Source: Macrostomum lignano (lineage: Eukaryota). From it: DNA of 64,000 nucleotides. The notes under the pieces were generated by a model, which had not been told where the DNA came from, ran no database searches, and was given only the letters and a program-made list of their open reading frames with translations. Positions 62,113-64,000 of the stretch are shown one piece after another. Position numbers and translations under genes: made by a program. How positions within the stretch are numbered: position 1 is the stretch's first letter; each line of letters opens with the position of its first letter. Location: positions 1-64,000 of the forward strand of contig NIVC01000604.1 in the NCBI GenBank assembly GCA_002269645.1, written 5' to 3'.

Positions 62113-63216
62113 ATGTTTGAGCTAGTCAAGTTCTCTGGCAACTGCTCGCAGGTTATCAACGGAACGGATGAGGCGGCTAACGACTCGCGCGGCGAGTTCA
62201 AAGGCGTTTTCAAACTGGCAATTATCTTGATAGGGTCGGTGAACCTTGTGCTCAACTCAATCTGCTTCTGCGTGTTCCTGCGCCACCGGCAGAAGGAGCC
62301 GATCATGCGCCTGCTGCTGCTGTTCCTATCCGCCACGGAGATGCTCGCCAGCTTCGGCATGACCAGCGTGGAGATGCTGCGCGGCCTGACGGAGATCGCG
62401 CGCGACCATGTCTTCTACGCGTCCTTCGCCGTCGCCAAGGCAACCATCGGCTACCTGAGCGCGACCTGGGTGCTGGCCAACTCGGCCCTGATGGCCCGCA
62501 ACTGGTGCATCGTGCTGATCGCTGCCACCCGCAGCGAGGTGGTGCTCCGGCCGTTCTCCCGCAACACCGGCCGCTGCTTCAACCGCCGCCTGGTGGTGGC
62601 GAATTTCGCCTGCATCGTCGGGCTCGGGCTGGCGTTCGGGCTGCCAAAGGCCTCGCAGGAGGAGTTCCACTACTGCGCCGAGACACGCCGGATTTTCAAC
62701 CGGGTGCCGCTGCTGCCGTTCGCCGGCTACAACGAGTTCTGCCTGGCCTCCATGTTCTTCCAGGCGGTGCTGCCCGTGCTGGCTGTTGGCGTCGCCTCCG
62801 TTGCCATGACGATGGGGCTGCGCCGGCACCAGCAGGGCCAGCAGGGTGGCCTGAACCCCAGCCAGCTGCAGTGCAACAAGGCCACCAGGACTGTACAGGT
62901 GCTGCTGCTGGCCTTCGTGAGCATGGAGCTGCCCATGTTCGTCATGGTGCTGGTGGGCCTGCGGCTGCCGGAGGAGAGCCGGTTCTGGGACGTGTTCATG
63001 AGCTACGCCATGGAGGTGGCCAACCTGTGCATCAATCTGGACTCCACCTGCAACTTTTTTGTCTACATGTTCACCAACTCGGCCTTCAGAGATGTTGTCC
63101 TGCGAAGGCGTGGCGGCGGCCGAGGTGGGAGAGACAACAGACAGCAGCAGCTCCTTCAGCTGCAGCAGCATCGGCAGCAGTCCTTGCTGCGTGGGAAATC
63201 GCCAAGCAATGCCTAG
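62113..63216 (+). CDS. Intronless class A (rhodopsin-like) peptide-type GPCR, 367 aa
   Basis: Seven hydrophobic segments; N-terminal glycosylation sites (NCS, NGT, NDS); TM1 N; TM3 RNWCIVLIAATRS (DRY replaced by TRS); TM6 F..MELP; TM7 STCNFFVY. Confidence 0.92.
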   Translation: MFELVKFSGNCSQVINGTDEAANDSRGEFKGVFKLAIILIGSVNLVLNSICFCVFLRHRQKEPIMRLLLLFLSATEMLASFGMTSVEMLRGLTEIARDHVFYASFAVAKATIGYLSATWVLANSALMARNWCIVLIAATRSEVVLRPFSRNTGRCFNRRLVVANFACIVGLGLAFGLPKASQEEFHYCAETRRIFNRVPLLPFAGYNEFCLASMFFQAVLPVLAVGVASVAMTMGLRRHQQGQQGGLNPSQLQCNKATRTVQVLLLAFVSMELPMFVMVLVGLRLPEESRFWDVFMSYAMEVANLCINLDSTCNFFVYMFTNSAFRDVVLRRRGGGRGGRDNRQQQLLQLQQHRQQSLLRGKSPSNA

Positions 63217-63812
63217 GTTAAACAAAAAATCAAGCTTAAGAAAAGACAAAATCTCTCTTTTTCGCTTTGCTTCGACAAGAATTCTGTTTTTTAAATCTTT
63301 TATTATGGCTTAAACAACCTCCGATTCGTTCTCAGTTTTCTGTTTGGCTCTTTTCACTTCATGATCCCACTAGCATTGCCGAATGAATTCCCATAAAATC
63401 CTCCCGCCACTTCTTCGATTAAAACGAAAAAAATCGAAACCTCGTCCAAGGCCTCGGCTTGCTCGCTGTTGTACTTTAGTGGTGCGTTTAGCCTCCATTA
63501 GTGGCGCTCCATCTTCAGTCATAAAATCCAGATATTTTTAGGGTCTCGTTTTCAACTCACAGGCCCAGTGACTGTTGAGTACGCGTGTATCTGCAGTCCC
63601 CGATGCGGCATGGGGTCAGATTACTGCGCCATAACTGCGCTTCTGCACTACATTCTGCGCTGCAGGTACGTGTATAAGAGCACCAAGTGTGAGCGTATAG
63701 ATTGAATTGCTGAAAATTCTGTCTTATGTGTATTCATGGCTCTGAAAAGTTGATGAAACAACAGGTTTTATTTGTATTGCAAAAGTCATGCAACAAGCCC
63801 AGCCAGAACCCC

Positions 63813-64000
63813 AGCTCCAGGGTTAGAGCGTCGGACTCATGACTTGAAGGTCAGGGGTTCGATTCCCGATCCCAACTCGGAATAATTTGTGTCCTTCAGC
63901 AAGACACTTAACTCTGCATTGCTTCAGTTCACCCAGCTGGAAAATGGGTGCCAGCATTAGCTGGGGTAATTGAGGGCGTGTGTGGCGACCCTCCAGTCCT
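63813..64000 (+). mobile_element. SINE, copy 3, with intact tRNA-like head (runs off the window)
   Basis: AGCTCCAGGGTTAGAGCG (A-box-like)...GGTTCGATTCCC (B-box), followed by the shared SINE body. Confidence 0.87.

Noticed and set aside
62326-63249. Long antisense or alternative-frame ORFs over GC-rich exons (also 17237-18253, 54901-55773, 56615-57358, 11512-12129)
   Set aside because: They are an expected by-product of GC3-rich codon usage and show no recognisable motifs.
63813-63870. tRNA-Met gene
   Set aside because: The cloverleaf is imperfect and continues into a repeated SINE body.

Overview
Eukaryotic (metazoan) genomic DNA. GC-rich, Ala/Gln-rich exons, introns filled with unique minisatellites and a flatworm-type peptide GPCR suggest a free-living flatworm such as Macrostomum (inference, not verified). 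Host genes: the 3' end of an unidentified + strand gene; a minus-strand run of MMP, a sushi-domain receptor, RPS8, Cyclin K and mitochondrial MRPL28; KATNAL2 (+); a large DSTYK-like kinase (-); an intronless class A GPCR (+). Between the divergent MRPL28 and KATNAL2 lies a ~24 kb AT-rich transposon island. It holds two head-to-tail Helitron-like elements (one carrying a 5 kb satellite), several MITEs with 8-bp TSDs, a mariner interrupted by two MITEs and a DUF4806-like gene. The most notable feature is a 5.9 kb hAT element (31798-37690, TSD TTTGCAAA). It encodes a signal-peptide plus lamin-tail-domain-like module that is collinear, through a spliceable intron, with a TTF-zinc-finger hAT transposase. 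All domain calls are from motif recognition by eye; no searches were run.
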